DNA of 64,000 nucleotides from Tricharina praecox (Eukaryota): NCBI RefSeq assembly GCF_024521635.1, contig NW_026250430.1, positions 310,001 to 374,000 of the forward strand, read 5' to 3'. Shown piece by piece: positions 63,361 to 64,000 of this stretch (position 1 is its first letter; each line of letters starts with the position of its first letter). The notes under the pieces were generated by a model. It saw only the letters and a program-made list of their open reading frames with translations, ran no database searches and was not told where the DNA came from. The position numbers and the translations under genes were made by a program.

Positions 63361-64000
63361 CGCTGTAGCGGCGCGTCTGGGGACTGCCGATGTGGCTGTC
63401 TGGACACTGTACTCTAGCTGTTCGGAGCTGGGCCGGACGTCAATTATTATCTCGTCGGACGAGTGCAAATAGCGATGGCAGAGGCGGCGGGGGAGAGTGG
63501 GGAGAGGGGATCCGTGAAGCAGCCGCTTCTTCAATCTCGTGGGATACAATACTGGAGGGTGAAGAGGAAGAGGAGAAGAAGTAGCAAAGCAATGCGAACA
63601 GTGAACAGGACCGACACCGGGGGCTTTACAGCTGAAAAAAGTAGCATAAGCCACTACCCACTGCACTGGGACGAATCAAACGAGTCTCCACCAGGCAGCC
63701 ACTCTTCGTGAGCACATATAGTACTATCGGGCCCCATCCCTGACCGATCGCCAGCAATTGACCGACCGACTACATACCGCCCCCCGCCCCGCCAGCGCCG
63801 GTCAACGTTGCAGGACTCACTCCCCCGGAGCAGAGCAGGAAACGACGGAAGCTACAGCTAACTAATTATCAAAAGACGTCGCAAAAAAATCGATGCTGGC
63901 TTGTTTACCCAGTCGCCAGTGTAGGATCATGGTCCTGGTCCATGGTCCATCAAATTCAATGCTGACCGTCTATTTTAAGCTCCGCCATGGCACATGCGGA

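Overview
Intron-rich fungal DNA (GT-AG introns of ~50-65 nt with CTRAC-like branch points). It is probably a filamentous ascomycete, and Pezizomycetes is an inference from gene content and intron density. The left ~32 kb looks like a variable, immunity-associated region with two paralogous SesB-like alpha/beta-hydrolase + NB-ARC + TPR (fungal NLR) loci in inverted orientation. The minus-strand copy (25904-20543) can be assembled by hand into one intact 6-exon, ~1518-aa NLR with 15 near-identical 126-bp TPR units. An in-frame stop just inside its 460-nt effector/NB-ARC intron would allow an effector-only isoform. In the plus-strand copy (844-5318) the hydrolase is intact and terminates before the ancestral splice donor, while the NB-ARC-TPR half has decayed. 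Between the two copies lie two tandem LaeA-like methyltransferases separated by a Tc1/mariner-type MITE, the conserved RTC1/SEA2 (WDR24) gene and a MYND-protein pseudogene. Beyond them are a small secreted protein and a Q/N-rich protein ending in GxQxG repeats. The right half holds a heme-thiolate peroxidase, an SDR, a TauD dioxygenase, a secreted FAD oxidase, a small secreted protein and a membrane protein, separated by long microsatellite-rich intergenic tracts. All exon structures were read manually and are unverified by transcripts.
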